The notes: generated by a model not told the origin, from the sequence alone. Shown: positions 13,101-26,698, counted from the stretch's first letter. The stretch is 64,000 nt of DNA from Haliotis rufescens (GCF_023055435.1 NW_025964361.1:57784001-57848000); one strand, 5' to 3'. Translations and numbers: made by a program.

Positions 13101-14635
13101 ATATCTAAATTCGGCGGCAAAAGAAAGTATAGGTCGAGTTCCATGATCGATAAAAAAATAACAAGAAGAGGTTTTGTTGTGAATTATAAAATAATCTAGG
13201 TAGGGGTAACAAATGGTTGATCAACCACAGTTTGAATGAAATTGTGCAATCACAGGTAATGTAAGCTCAAGGTAAACAATGGTGGGGTAAGAAATTTCAT
13301 TTTCAAAAGTTGTCTGAAATGTCACCAAAAAATTATCAGACTACAAGTTAATTGTCGACACAGTTGCCTTCAATAGCGTGTATGACCTCCAGCTGCCTCA
13401 ATGCATGCTGTGGAACGCCGCCTCATCGATGACGTCAGTCTTCTGATGACGTGGACTGAAATCCGTTGCCACTCGTCTCTCAGGGTCTGCTGCAATTCTT
13501 GTCTGTTGACGGGAGGCTGATGGCGTGCTCTAATCTGTCTGTCAAGATGGTCCCACAGATGTTCAATAGGATTCATATCGGGTGAGTGGGCAGGCCAGGG
13601 CAAAACGTCAACGTTCTGCAGGTTTAGAAAGTTCCGAGTCAGTCTTGCAGTATGGGGCCTGGCATTGTCGTGTTGAAACAATGTCCCCTGCTGTTGGTTT
13701 TGTAAGAACGGAAGCACAACTGGCTGCAACACTTAGTCTCTGTACTGAACAGCGTTCAGGTTTCCCTGTATAATCACCAAATCAGTCTTCTCATCTCCAC
13801 AAGTATCGCCCCACACCATGACATCTCCCCCGCCGAATGGATGGACCTCTCGAATACACGCCGGAGCCAAACGCTCCCCTCTGCGTCGATAAACTCGTTC
13901 TTTGCCGTCATTTCGAAACAAGTTAAACCGGCTTTCATCAGTAAACAGCACTCGACGCCAATTTCTCACTTGCCAGCGTCGAACCTGCCTCGCCGATCGC
14001 AGTCTGAGGCGTCGATGTTGAGCAGTCAGTACCATTCCTCGGAAAGGACGATACGCTCGGATTCCAGCAGCATGAAGTCTTCGTAGAACTGTACGTTGGG
14101 TAATGGGATGTCCCAACGCTGTTGCTGCCGTCGCCGTCGCCGTTACGAATCTGTTTCGCAGGTGAATGAGCCGTATCTGACCGTCTTCCAGTGGTGTTGT
14201 CACTCGGGGTCGTCCCTGTCTGCCTGTACCGTTGAATCAGCCTGGCTACTGTCAATGGTGTACAACCAAACCTTCTGGCAATTTGGACCTGTGTTGCCCC
14301 CATTTCGGCCATACCGATGGCTCTCTCTCTCTGCTCCTGTGACAGTCGTGGCATGTCTTTTGTGTGCCTTCATCACGTGTGGTAATACCCTGCAGACGAA
14401 CGCATTTATACAGCTAACATGCACGTGCAGTTTATGCCATAGGCGGAGAACCTGTTTCACCATTTTGTTGTCACCGCACGAGCGCCGTCGAATGTGGCGC
14501 GTTCGGGTGAGGTGTTTTTGGTACCTGTTCCTGGGCAGTCATATTCCGAATACCCACTTTCCACTTGTTATCGCTGTTTTTAGGAAAATTACAAATTGCC
14601 AACCTATACTTTCTTTTGCCACTTAGTTTAGATAT
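13101..14635 (-). mobile_element. Tc1-like (DD34E) transposon, nearly intact
   Basis: 34-bp TIRs with 4 mismatches (atatctaaa..ggcaaaagaaagtataggt). Transposase 13370-14354: MPRLSQEQRERAIG, FTDESRF, FQHDNARPH, SPDMNPIEHLW. One frameshift near 14210 and one stop at 13733. Confidence 0.95.
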
Positions 14636-14854
14636 ACGTCGATTGTCAGGACTGAGCCACCAGTGTCCCGTTTAAAACATGTCTTGTGGTATAAGATATA
14701 ACTGTTCTCATTCCGACCTTGCCCTTCGTGTGAAGCCGTCACTGTAACAATAAGCAGCCTCGAGTTACACTTCTTTAGTAAACCAAGGGTGGTATAGTGT
14801 GAAACGTGAGGGGTATAGGGTGGTATAGGGTGATACAATGGTGCTATAGGATTA

Positions 14855-15132
14855 GTGAGTGAGTGAGTGAGTTGGGTTTAACGCCGCTTTTAACAGTAGT
14901 CTAATGATAGCGCGGCGTGCTTCTATAATGTTGGAGGAAATCCCGAAGTGATGCATGTCTCAGACGTTTACCACTTCAGTGAAACCCACGAGCACGTGTA
15001 TGGTGCTGACAAACCTTGAAACATAATCGGGGCGAACCGGGATTCGAACCCACAACTATATCATACGTCCAAGGGACGCAACTCTGCACAGCGAATCGCG
15101 GCGCCTAATACGCCTGGGCCACCCGTGCCCCC
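14855..15132 (-). mobile_element. SINE family 3, full length
   Basis: Reverse match to 23117-23397. Confidence 0.88.
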
Positions 15133-15272
15133 TTACTGTAGGATGAATAATCGTTATTTCAAAACGGTAACGATGGGATTTATATTAAACGGATGCAGTC
15201 AGGAATCTACATATGCATATATTTTCTTACATATCTTCTGCGTACTATCAACAATTTGTTTGAATTTCCATT

Positions 15273-15396
15273 AGTGAGTGAACGAGTATAGCAATATCAC
15301 CTCGGGGGATACCAGAAATGGGCTTCCCAAAATGTACCAATGTCGGGAATCGAACCCGGGTCTTCGGCGTGACGAAACAGCCTACCCGAGCGCCCG
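15273..15396 (-). mobile_element. SINE family 1, degenerate
   Basis: Contains gggaatcgaacccgggtcttcggcgtgacg, with internal deletions. Confidence 0.8.
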
Positions 15397-16161
15397 AATT
15401 ACCATTAGGATTCTTAAATAAAGATGTTTATCGTATTACTGACCAACACGAAAGGAACTTTTTATTTATGCGTTTGCGTGCTAAGTAGAAATGTCAGTAA
15501 AGCCCATCTGCGTGACCGTTCCGGAACATTTAATACACAGCGTTTCAATAGTGCATTGACAAATACAAGTGACCAGAATACCTGCTTCACACCACTCTGA
15601 CCTCCATTGTGTTTCTTCGTGTGAATACCGGTTCGTCCTGATTATGTTTCTAGCCTTGTCAGCACCATATCCGTGTCGTGGGTTTAACCAAAGTGGTACA
15701 CGTATATGACCTTCACCACTTAGGCTCCCCTCGCATCACACTGACATACCGTGATATAACTGAAATAATGTTCAAAGCTGTGATATAAAAAAGCTACGCG
15801 CTAAAACGCAAAGAACAATGAAGTGCGAAGCGTGGTTTATCTCATGATAAAACATTGTTCTATGATGACGTCATTTCTGGATATTCGAACATGCCCTCGC
15901 AAACTGATGACGTCGTAAATTAGACGATGCTATCTTTGAGAGGAACGTATCTTGTGAGTTGTATACCCCTTAGTTGTAGCTGGACAACGTAGATAAACGC
16001 AATTGGCTGTATACTGTCATTTGTACTGAACATTTATGTGACGACGCGAGAGTGAGCTAGTGAGTAAGTTGGGTTTAACATAATCGGGGCGAACCGGGTT
16101 TCGAACCCAAAATCACAAGTTTCTGGCATGCCCAAAGGACGCAACACGACTGCCACCTACT

Positions 16162-16162
<1 letters not shown>

Positions 16163-16211
<49 letters not shown>

Positions 16212-16220
16212 ACACACACA
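16163..16220. repeat. (CA)n microsatellite
   Basis: Directly visible. Confidence 0.97.
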
Positions 16221-16903
16221 GAGTTAGGGTGTCGTCTGATCTTGTAGTTTTTAAGTAGTAGCTAGTGACAAAAAGGTATACGACATTATTACCTACCGAA
16301 CCTGAAATACGTAGTACTTAAGTGTTTCGTTTGAATGTATTCCGTCCCGTCAAATAGTCCACCTGGTCACATTGGACTTAAGAGATTTTACGACAGCTTT
16401 AATCGTCGAAGACATTGTCACAAGGGACGTAACACGATTCTAGTAGACATTGAAAAGTTCGCATTATTTGTCAAGATAGGAGGACATTTACCCTTTTATG
16501 CCACAAATAGCACAAACGTGAAATCAGTTCACGTTGCAAGGCAGTAAGTACATACGTGTTTTGCCAAGCAAACATACATTATTGACAAAGAGGCGGATCG
16601 GACATACACCATTATTACAAGTTATAAACGTACAGAACCATTCAATTGAACCAAATTGAATTCATGTACAACAGGTGCAGGAAGAGGATGGGAACGATGT
16701 TCATTATAACACCGTACATCAAATATTACAAACAAATATTTCAAAGTTTAGATCATAGAATAAATTAAATGTTACACCCTTCCCGGGTTCCGCTTCGGTG
16801 GCTATTCATTGCCGTTGGTCGTGTTTTGTGTGAAACAGACATACGGTTTATTTATTAAGCGAGACTTATCCTGAATCACCATGTATCTTCCTGGTTATTC
16901 AAC

Positions 16904-16967
16904 ATGGCGGACGCGAGGAGTCTAATGTACGGTGTCGTGATGTCAGGATGCATACAGCTAATACTTG
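16904..16967 (+). CDS. A1 exon 1, signal peptide
   Basis: AACATGGCG start context, MADARSLMYGVVMSGCIQLIL, donor G|GTGAGA. Paralogous to 43562-43628. Confidence 0.75.
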
Positions 16968-19900
16968 GTGAGATACATCTTACATACACGTGCCCTTCAG
17001 CTTAGGCAATCTTAGGAGGACATTATGATCTGTAGTTGATAAAACTGCGATATCTTGCATTAGGATGAGCAGGGATGTAAAGAAACTTCTTAACAGTTAA
17101 AATAATGTGAAAACCGTGTGTGCATTTGTCAGCGTTTATATATACCTGCTATTATACTTCTGCAACAACAATTTGGACATTTGTCAGTGTTTAATTAACG
17201 TGGGCTTTATCATGATCATGCTCGAGAGGTAAATTTGGAGATTATGTTTGTACTTTTGTCAATGCTTAATTACCGTATTCGACGTAATAAGCGCCTCGCT
17301 CTAATAAGCGCCCACGGCGATATTTCCGGATATATTAGAAGTGAACAATCCCAATTAGCAGCCCTTACGATTGATCAATGTACACAAGACTTATTTATTC
17401 GTGTATAATGCGCACTCGTGTGTTATATGCACCCTTAATTAAAGGTAATTAATTTTTGGAAAATGTATCTGTCGTGTAAAATACGCACAGACTTTTATTT
17501 TGTTTCATTTCAGGCTGTTAGCATAAATCATGAAATTTACGATCTTTCACCAAAATTATATTTTAATGAGACCCCTATTTCTAACTTTGAGAGCGCCATG
17601 GGCGCTTATTACGTCGAATACTTCTCCCCAGGTACATGCTCACCGGGAACTTTTGGTGATTCCTGCTTCTACTCCTGTCACTGTGGAGACTCCTGTGACC
17701 AGACAACAGGAGTTTGTGGAGGTGACTGTGATGCTGGTTGGGTGGGAGGAAGAGGAGAAAACTGTCAGAAAGGTATAGTCGCTTGCACACGGAGTTCGCA
17801 ATATAGCCACGTTTGATGACAACTTCACAGGCGTGGACCTGTCATAATATTTTGACATGCATTGTGATGGAACGAACATAGAGAAATTCGTCAAATACCG
17901 ACCTGTTGAATCACCAATCTGAACATGAATGCTTGCTGTTATGAATCTGTATGGCCTGAGGCTTGGGAAAACACATTACCGTTACAGGGTCTATTGTCAT
18001 GGGATACACTGGGGTTTTCATTTGTTTCAATGGAATTGGAAACAACATATAAGATTACAAATTCCAAAAATATAAAATTAAGTAGCTGAAATCAATGGTT
18101 AATTGTCATGGAAACCGGCACAAATAAACATTTCCAAAACTGCTAAATAACAAAAGTCATCGTTCATGGCCAGACTGAGATCTTTGAAAATGTTAATCAG
18201 GAAGTATTGAACGGTCTTTCAGTTATGGATGGAAGAACGGACAGACGCACAAATTCCCATACCCCCTCCTGCTTCGTGACGGGGGATAATAACTCCTTTG
18301 CATAAGAGCTGAACAAAGAAGAAACATTTCCGCCATACCCAAAATAACATTCAAACGTAACACAGAGTTCATCAATAATCAATAGTACATGTATCTTATG
18401 CTTTTGGTTCTGTGTTGAGTTGGACATTGCAGAGTGAACTGTAGGTTATAATTGCAGGTTTCAAGAGGCAAGCATGTTATCCCTGTAACTCAAATTGCAA
18501 ATTTTAAGGATGCATTAACACTGAATACTGTCTAGAATGAGTGAGTGATAATGGTCATAGGTCGCTATTAGCAATATTCCAGAATGTCAGAATATTAGGT
18601 GTGGTTGGCATCCATTTGCCTCATTCCTACGGTCCTCTCTCTGTGTTGTGCAGTTAAACGTGGCATATCTTTTGTGCCTTTGCCTGTGATGTTGTGGCAA
18701 CTATTCATTGCATTTTGTGCCAGTCCTGCACATGCATCATCTTGGCTGTTTTCTGATATCATTTGGATTTATTTCGTCAAATCCAATTTTCAAGTGCATA
18801 CTTTCTTTTACTCGGCAGTTTTATCAGGATCATCACATATCAGAATTAGACTACGCGTGACAGCAAGCATAAATGTTCACACCAAAAACTGTTGAAGTAT
18901 GCATTATTAATATACTCTTCAAAAGAAGAAAAGCACAGGTAGATTTTTAGTTGATTTATTTTACCTAATAAAGTCGATATATTTAATCTAATATCATAGA
19001 TACAAATATGAAATTTTGGAGCTCGATAGTCACATGTTGTCGTTGTACAAAGGCATTGAAAACTGTTCATTGTTCATCACATAAGGCCACAAGGTTGCGC
19101 TGAACTCAGTATCTCGTGTGACCGCCCCGGGCAGCAATCACGGCTTCGCATCTCCTCGGCACTGACTGGATAAGTGTACGAATTCTGTCCTGCGGAAATC
19201 TGCGCCATTCTGCTTATAACGCGTTGGCCAGATGTGGGAGTGCCTGCGGCGTGTACTGACGCTGACGTACACGTCGATCGAGTTCCACCTAGAGGTGTTC
19301 GATTGGGTTGAGATCTGGAGATCTCGACGGCCAGGGCAAGGCGTTGATGTTGGCATTATGAAGGTTGTCTACCGTGTTACGAGCTGTGTGCTGTGGAGCG
19401 TTGTCCTGTTGAAACAGCTCCCTCTGGCGGGAAGGAGGTGAGGTTGAAGAATTTGATTCATGTAGCGATTTGCTGTCATATTTCCCTGAACCACAACCAA
19501 GTCAGATCTCGTGGTATAGGATATGGCCCCCCAAACCATGACACTACCGCCACCGAATTTGCCGAATTTACGTACACAATGTGGGGCAAAACGCGCATTT
19601 CGTCGACGATAAACACGTTGTCTTCCATCTCTAAGGTGAAGAAGAAATCGTGATTCATCGCTAAACCACACTCATCTCCAGTTCCAATTCCAAGGCTGTC
19701 AGGTAAAGCACCAACGCAAGCGTCGCTGTCGATGGATCTGTTGCAAAACAGGGACGATCTTCTGGGTCGGATTCCCCTCGCGAAGATGGTTCCTGACAGT
19801 CTGGTCCGATATCCTCCTGAAACCAGGGATGCGTCCTGCAGTCTCCATAGCTGTTGCATTGCAATGACGTAGGTGGAACAGTCGAATGTAGGGTCCTATG

Positions 19901-22900
19901 CAGGGGAGGTAACTCTTGGTCGGACGGTTCTCGGACGGTCTGCAGTGGAATTGATATGTGTGTATCGGTCACAAAGGCACAATGGTGCTGTGGTTGACGT
20001 CAGGTCACCAACATTTTCCAATAGCATATATCCAATTCATATACCGGATTTTTTGTGAAGTCAGGTTGAACAACATACTACATGTGCGTTTCTTTTTTTG
20101 AAGAGTGTAATTTATAGGCACAATATCGACTTTAAGAAGACAAATGGCGGCCATCTTGAATTTTCGGTGGCTTACGATTTGTCTTCTTAGTTACCCAACG
20201 GCGACCAACCATACATCATTTATCATCATTTCACACCGCTCCACTATATAACAATTATTAAAAATAGGTTAAAATTAGAAGTGATTGCTCTTTTCATGCA
20301 GAAAACGTAGCCTACAATAAAAACGCAACATCTCCTTATCGACTGTTCCCAAGTGACCCTCCCTGGTCTGCAGACAACGCTGTAGATGGGAACAGGGACC
20401 AGGATGTGCAGGGAAACTCCTGCTTCCACTCTGCTGACAGCGTTCAAGCTGTGTGGACAGTGGACCTGGGACAGCAATACAGGATACATGACGTCAGGAT
20501 ATACAACCGGGCAGGATGTCAGTATTATACCCAATTTCATTGATTTTCGTATCTTCTTTTGTTACATGTACGTACATGAAAGATGGAGCAAACTTTTAAT
20601 GGGGTAACTATTACTTGTAATTATCTATTAACATTTAGCTCTTCAACAGCGTTGACGTGAAGGTACAATTGTAATTGTTATCTGAGACACACATATATGC
20701 ATGTGACACCAAAGATCATCTCTGGACTTTTGTATTTTATCTACCTCTATCTATATCTGTATACCATACATACCTACATCTAAATGCAGGAATATCGGGT
20801 AGACGTCGGGAAGGATTTTAATATACTGTAGGTACCTATGAAGGCAGAGTGTATAAAAGATTTTATTACCCACCACATGATTGAAACTTTTGTAGAACAT
20901 GTTCCTTGGGAGGTCAATGTCTGACATATTTAAAGTAAAAACCTGCCGAACTCAAGAAATATATTTTTTGGCGTATGTCATACTTAACTGCACATTGTCA
21001 TACACCCTAGGCGACTCATCTGAAATTTGGTTGGAGATACTGCTTAAATAATTATAGAAAGGTAGGCGCATCCTGCCCTACCGGTGGTGCAAGCGCGGGT
21101 GTTTACAAACACATGCATAGGCAAGTCAAGTGTTCTCCTGAACAAACAAAGGAACATATGGTACAAGTTAAAATATGGAAGTTCATCGGACATCCTTTTG
21201 GACAAATTTAGATATGTCCTCCACATGTCTAGAATAAAACGGGCCTTGAATGATGTAAACCTGATTAAACAACTTGTGAACCCCTTGAAATCAACTTTGA
21301 AAGAGCATACAATTACTGTTATGAAACGAGGAATCGTACAATATAACACTTTGTTTAGACATCCAGCATGTCATATGACATGTCAACTCAATGGAATTTT
21401 CCAAAACTAGTCCCAGCGTCCCCGAACCACTCCCCAACTCTAGAAGATCTAGAAGATCGTCCTTCAAATAATTGAAATTTAAGAGACACTGCTATTCTCT
21501 ATATTAACTTTAAAAGCACGAATAGGAATATAAAGCCTGATATTAACCACCCCATTTGTGATATAGTTAAGGACTGACTGTGTATTTCTTTCGGTAGATT
21601 GAGGCATGAATAAAACCGATGCCCAAACTGAGAGAATCCGTGTCTCGATAACGTGCCGGCTAGCAATGAACTCCCAAGACATGAAATGTGGGGCCTGGAA
21701 CCCAGTCTAGCGGGAAAAAACAGGCGAGCAAGCCTGCACGTTTTCTGTTTCATTCCTTCTCGGCCTTCGGCCTCAAAGGGTAGTTTTGACAATACATTTG
21801 CATGAATTTCGCTAAATGTCATGTGCGTGTTGATAAACGGGAGCAGAAAGGGAATTATCTTGACAGTAATATTGGGATTCCCCGACATCCCATAGTAATA
21901 AAAGTAGTCCGCCTTGTTGGGCGTGGCTTATTTTTTTACTTTCATTGGGAAATAATTGCAATAACACGTGACCAATTCATCTTATGAGAGTGCAGGAATT
22001 ACAATGAACACAACGAAAATTTAATTATTGCCAAATGATGGGTGTTTACATAAAAACTCATATTTCGGAAAACCATTAACTAAAGATTTAGTGAACGTTT
22101 TGCAATAGTGTTTGTGCACCTAACACCACGTCTGTGTATAAAGCCTAATAAAAGTAGTCCCTGCTTGGTAAACTCATTTGCATATATACTGGATCGTGAT
22201 TATTGGACTGGTTCATCGCATCGCTAACACTAACCATACATGCCCTAACAATACGGGAGCCAGAACAGGTTATACATTGTATGTTGAAAATAGAGATTAT
22301 CATAAGAGCATGTTTGTGTGTCATGGTTATTTTAGGAAACGAGTGTCAGAATTCTTGTATTTCCCGAGCGAAAGCGAGGGTAATAAAATTTCGTTATTGC
22401 CCAATATGTCTAAATCCGTTAGAGGCCACCTCCAGAAAAATGCACTGATCAGGATTGGCGTCTTAGAAAACAGGAATTGTCTAATGACGTCAAGAATCTT
22501 CAGCTATGACGTCGTTTCTAGTGTGACGTCATTCCGACCTTACATCACAATAAGATTCGCAAAACGTCAACAATTCCGTCCGGATGACGTTAACAATAGA
22601 CTGGTGCGCGTGAATTGATATTTGCACACATGCACATTCGATGTTTATGAACCCGATTATTTGTATCTCTATGGGGAACCAACTGGAACAGTGTTAAACA
22701 AATATCACATCATCATGATCTTACAGAAGGAACACACATATTTTTGTTTTTCCCTGACAGATGTCACGAGGATCCAGGAGGCTGTCCTGTCTTTGAGTAA
22801 CATCAGCTCCACACACGACACCACCTGCTACACCTTCCCATCCAACATCACAGAAGGCAACTCAGTCTTTGACGTGAAGTGTGACGGGAGGGCTAGATAT

Positions 22901-25900
22901 TTGACCATAACACACAATACAACGACCCTCAATTTGTGCGAGGTTGAGATATATGGTAGGATCACACACGTTATATTTGGAGGTTAAATGTGTTTTAGGT
23001 TAAATGGAATATGAGTAATGCCTTTTCATATAAGTGTTAATGAATACATATATGTAAGTGTAATTTGCTGTAATAAATATATTTATAACGACTTAATATC
23101 ATTTACTTAAAAAATAGGGGGCACGGGTGGCCCAGTCGAATAAGGCGCCGCGATTCGCTGTGCAGAGTTGCGTCCCTTGGGAGCGCCAGAAACCTATGAT
23201 TGTGGGTTCGAATCCCGGTTCGCCCCGATTATGTTTCTAGGTTTGTCAGCACCATACCCGTGCTCGTGGGTTTCACCGAAGTGGTAAACATCTGAGACCT
23301 GCATCACTCCTAACTTTTCTCCCACATTAAGCTGACACGCCGTGATATAACTGGAATAATGTTAAAAGCGGCGTTAAACCCAACTCACTCACTCACTAAA
23401 GAAATAAAACCTTGGATTGATGAAATGGGAAAGGCAAATGGATTCAGGTACATTCTCAGTAAATATGAACATTTCTTTGAAGTGATAAAACTAATACTTT
23501 ATTACTCCCGCTATCGTGACATTCATTCAAGATATAACAAAAGCAGCATTTGTTCGGCCATACATGACATGCTGTTAATCATACTTCTTTAAGTTTGCAG
23601 TCCAGGCGTTTTCGGTGAAAACTGCAGTAATTTCTGCCATTGTTCCAATGAGCCCTGTCACCCAGTCAGTGGTGTGTGTCCTGCAGACTGTAGACCAGGG
23701 TGGCAGGGAGACAGGTGTGATACAGGTGAGGAGATTCAGTCAGTGGTGTGTGTCCTGCAGACTGTAGACCAGGGTGGCAGGGAGACAGGTGTGATACAGG
23801 TGAGGAGGTTCAGTCAGTGGTGTGTGTCCTGCAGACTGTAGACCAGGGTGGCAGGGAGACAGGTGTGATACAGGTGAGGAGATTCAGTCAGTGGTGTGTG
23901 TCCTGCAGACTGTAGACCAGGGTGGCAGGGAGACAGGTGTGATACAGGTGAGGAGGTTCAGTCATTGGTGTGTGTCCTGCAGACTGTAGACCAGGTAGGC
24001 AGGGAGACAGGTGTGATACAGGTGAGGAGATTCAGTCAGTGGTGTGTGTCCTGCAGACTGTAGACCAGGGTTGCAGGGAGACAGGTGTGATACAGGTGAG
24101 GAGATTCAGTCAGTGGTGTGTGTCCTGCAGACTGTAGACCAGGGTGGCAGGGAGACAGGTGTGATACAGGTGAGGAGATTCAGTCAGTGGTGTGTGTCCT
24201 GCAGACTGTAGACCAGGTAGGCAGGGAGGCAGGTGTGATACAGGTGAGGAGGTTCAGTCAGTGGTGTGTGTCCTGCAGACTGTAGACCAGGTAGGCAGGG
24301 AGACAGGTGTGATACAGGTGAGGAGGTTCAGTCAGTGGTGTGTGTCCTGCAGACTGTAGACCAGGGTGGCAGGGAGACAGGTGTGATACAGGTGAGGAGG
24401 TTCAGTCAGTGGTGTGTGTCCTGCAAACTGTAGACCAGGTAGGCAGGGAGACAGGTGTGATACAGGTGAGGAGGTTCAGTCAGTGGTGTGTGTCCTGCAG
24501 ACTGTAGACCAGGGTGGCAGGGAGACAGGTGTGATACAGGTGAGGAGGTTCAGTCAGTGGTGTGTGTCCTGAAGACTGTAGACCAGGGTGGCAGGGAGAC
24601 AGGTGTGATACAGGTGAGGAGGTTCAGTCAGTGGTGTGTGTCCTGCAGACTGTAGACCAGGTAGGCAGGGAGACAAGTGTGATACAGGTGAGGAGGTTCA
24701 GTCAGTGGTGTGTGTCCTGTATACTGTAGACCAGGGTGGCAGGGAGACAGGTGTGATACAGATGAGGAGATTCAGTCAGTGGTGTGTGTCCTGCAGACTG
24801 TAGATCAGGGTGGCAGGGAGACAGGTGTGATACAGGTGAGGAGGTTCAGTCAGTGGTGTGTGTCCTGTATACTGTAGACCAGGGTGGCAGGGAGACAGGT
24901 GTGATACAGGTGAGGAGGTTCAGTCAGTGGTGTGTGTCCTGCAGACTGTAGACCAGGGTGGCAGGGAGACAGGTGTGATACAGGTGAGGAGGTTCAGTCA
25001 GTGGTGTGTGTCCTGCAGACTGTAGACCAGGTAGGCAGGGAGACAGGTGTGATACAGGTGAGGAGGTTCAGTCAGTGGTGTGTGTCCTGCAGACTGTAGA
25101 CCAGGTAGGCAGGGAGACAGGTGTGATACAGGTGAGGAGATTCAGTCAGTGGTGTGTGTCCTGCAGACTGTAGGCAGGGATACAGATGTGATACATCTAA
25201 ACAGAGCATTACAATTACTGCATCGTTGATGATTAAGATTTCTCCCCCTGTTAGTTTGTTCATTAACATGTTTATGTTGTGTTGTGTTTTGTTGCTGACC
25301 AAATCAAAACCTTGTATTTTCAGTGTGTGCTGAGAACCATTACGGTGTCAGCTGTAAAGACGTTTGCTCCAACCGGAGATGTTTAGATCCGTCGTCGTCA
25401 TGTGACCGCTACACGGGGACGTGTGACAGTGGGTGTACTTCCGGTTGGACTAATGTTGACTGTGCTCAAAGTAGGAATTTGCTTTTGTTAAATACTATAC
25501 ATGTATCGTATCGTTTTATTACAGGCGCACGGCTGCATACGGTTGAAAACAAAGATAGTGTTTACTGAGCCTGAGACCTTTGTCCTGATACGCATTGTAG
25601 TACACTTTACTTGCAAAATCGATTGTTGATTTACAGGTTTTAAATAATATTTATTTTCATATGAAGATGACTTATATTAAACGTTATGCATTTGACATCA
25701 CTGCTTCAGAATAGACGACACTGGTCACATTCATATTCAAATATTTACCATGCAAAGTAATTGTATTCCAATTTTGATTATCCTATATATGAATGTAATC
25801 TGGTTCACTCGGCATGAACAAGGTTTAGATATCCATATATGTTATCGATAAACAACCAACTTGTTGATATAGTTCCACTGTAAGCTTTTCATACTCGTAT

Positions 25901-26582
25901 TTGAACAGGGTGTTCTGGGTCGTATGGGCAAAACTGCAGGGAACCCTGTTCTACCAGGAAATGCAAGGGTAGCTCACCTTGTGACCACGTTACGGGGACG
26001 TGCGTTTCCGGATGTCAGGAGGGATGGAAGGGTAAAGATTGTAAAGAAGGTAATTCCCAGATGGAAAACAGTTCAAGTAATAGGTCTAGGTAAATAAAGC
26101 AAATTAAAACTCTGTCCCAAAGCTTCTCACAGTTCTGAAAAAAATACAGTTTCAGCAACATGTAGAGGTTGACACGTTGCATATATGAGCCGTTAATGCT
26201 TTATAACCATGTCGTAAATATTGTAGGATCAATATAGTGACGTTGCCAAAAAATGGTTTCACATATTGTTTTCACATAATTTTATGGATAACGTGAAAAT
26301 GATGGAATATATGTATAATTATCGCTTTAATAAAAAACATTTATTGCAAAATTCCGATACTCACACTTGTTAATGTATTGCCATATCTCAAATAGATACA
26401 GAGTTGAGGTTAATACTTCATGCCAGATTTCTTAAATATTTCAGCCTGTGACAGTCAACATTATGGGTCTAACTGTGACAAGACCTGTGCCTCTAGACAC
26501 TGTGTGGGGAACTCTTCCTGTAACTCAACAGGGGACTGTGACAGGGGATGTGAGACAGGGTGGACACTGGGCGACTGTACAG
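16904..26582 (+). CDS. Module A1: signal peptide-EGF-F-type lectin-EGFx4 receptor ectodomain (8 exons)
   Basis: Exons 16904-16967, 17632-17772, 20302-20517, 22761-22955, 23594-23725, 25324-25470, 25909-26049, 26445-26582. All GT-AG and phase 1, joining into one open frame. Confidence 0.88.
17632..17772 (+). CDS. A1 N-terminal EGF-like exon
   Basis: GTCSPGTFGDSCFYSCHCGDSCDQTTGVCGGDCDAGWVGGRGENCQK, 141 nt. Confidence 0.92.
18911..20109 (-). mobile_element. Degenerate Tc1-like transposon in an A1 intron
   Basis: TIRs tatactcttcaaaagaagaaaagcaca / tgtgcgtttctttttttgaagagtgta. WFSDESRF and GGGSVMVWGAI motifs. Confidence 0.9.
20302..20517 (+). CDS. A1 F-type lectin domain, exon a
   Basis: ENVAYNKNATSP...AVDGNRDQDVQGNSCFHS...WTVDLGQQYRIHDVRIYNRAG, with HX26R spacing. 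Absent from the ORF track. Confidence 0.92.
22761..22955 (+). CDS. A1 F-type lectin domain, exon b
   Basis: YVTRIQEAVLSL...CDGRARYLTI...LNLCEVEIY. Confidence 0.92.
23117..23397 (+). mobile_element. tRNA-derived SINE family 3 (Leu-like head, long A-B spacing)
   Basis: A box tggcccagtcg, B box gggttcgaatccc, (cact)n tail. Many copies in the window. Confidence 0.9.
23594..23725 (+). CDS. A1 EGF-like exon
   Basis: VCSPGVFGENCSNFCHCSNEPCHPVSGVCPADCRPGWQGDRCDT. Confidence 0.92.
23663..25196 (+). repeat. 74-bp minisatellite derived from an exon end plus splice donor (20 units plus a partial)
   Basis: cagtcagt starts at 23663, 23737, 23811 ... 25143. Confidence 0.97.
25324..25470 (+). CDS. A1 EGF-like exon
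   Basis: VCAENHYGVSCKDVCSNRRC...GWTNVDCAQ. Confidence 0.9.
25909..26049 (+). CDS. A1 EGF-like exon
   Basis: CSGSYGQNCREPCSTRKCKGSSPCDHVTGTCVSGCQEGWKGKDCKE, donor G|GTAATT. Absent from the ORF track. Confidence 0.9.
26445..26582 (+). CDS. A1 EGF-like exon
   Basis: ACDSQHYGSNCDKTCASRHC...GWTLGDCT. Confidence 0.9.
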
Positions 26583-26698
26583 GTGAGGATGGCATAAAGG
26601 AGATAAGAATGGAAACAATTGAGCGCGAGTATAGACCAGGGCGACGGTCATGAGGGGCGGGGTGTGGGGGTGCGGTGGTGTGTGTGTGTGTGTGTGTT

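Noticed and set aside
21044-22618. ORFs of 100-146 aa in the A1 lectin intron
   Set aside because: No recognisable domain or splice context. Probably repeat relics that I cannot classify.
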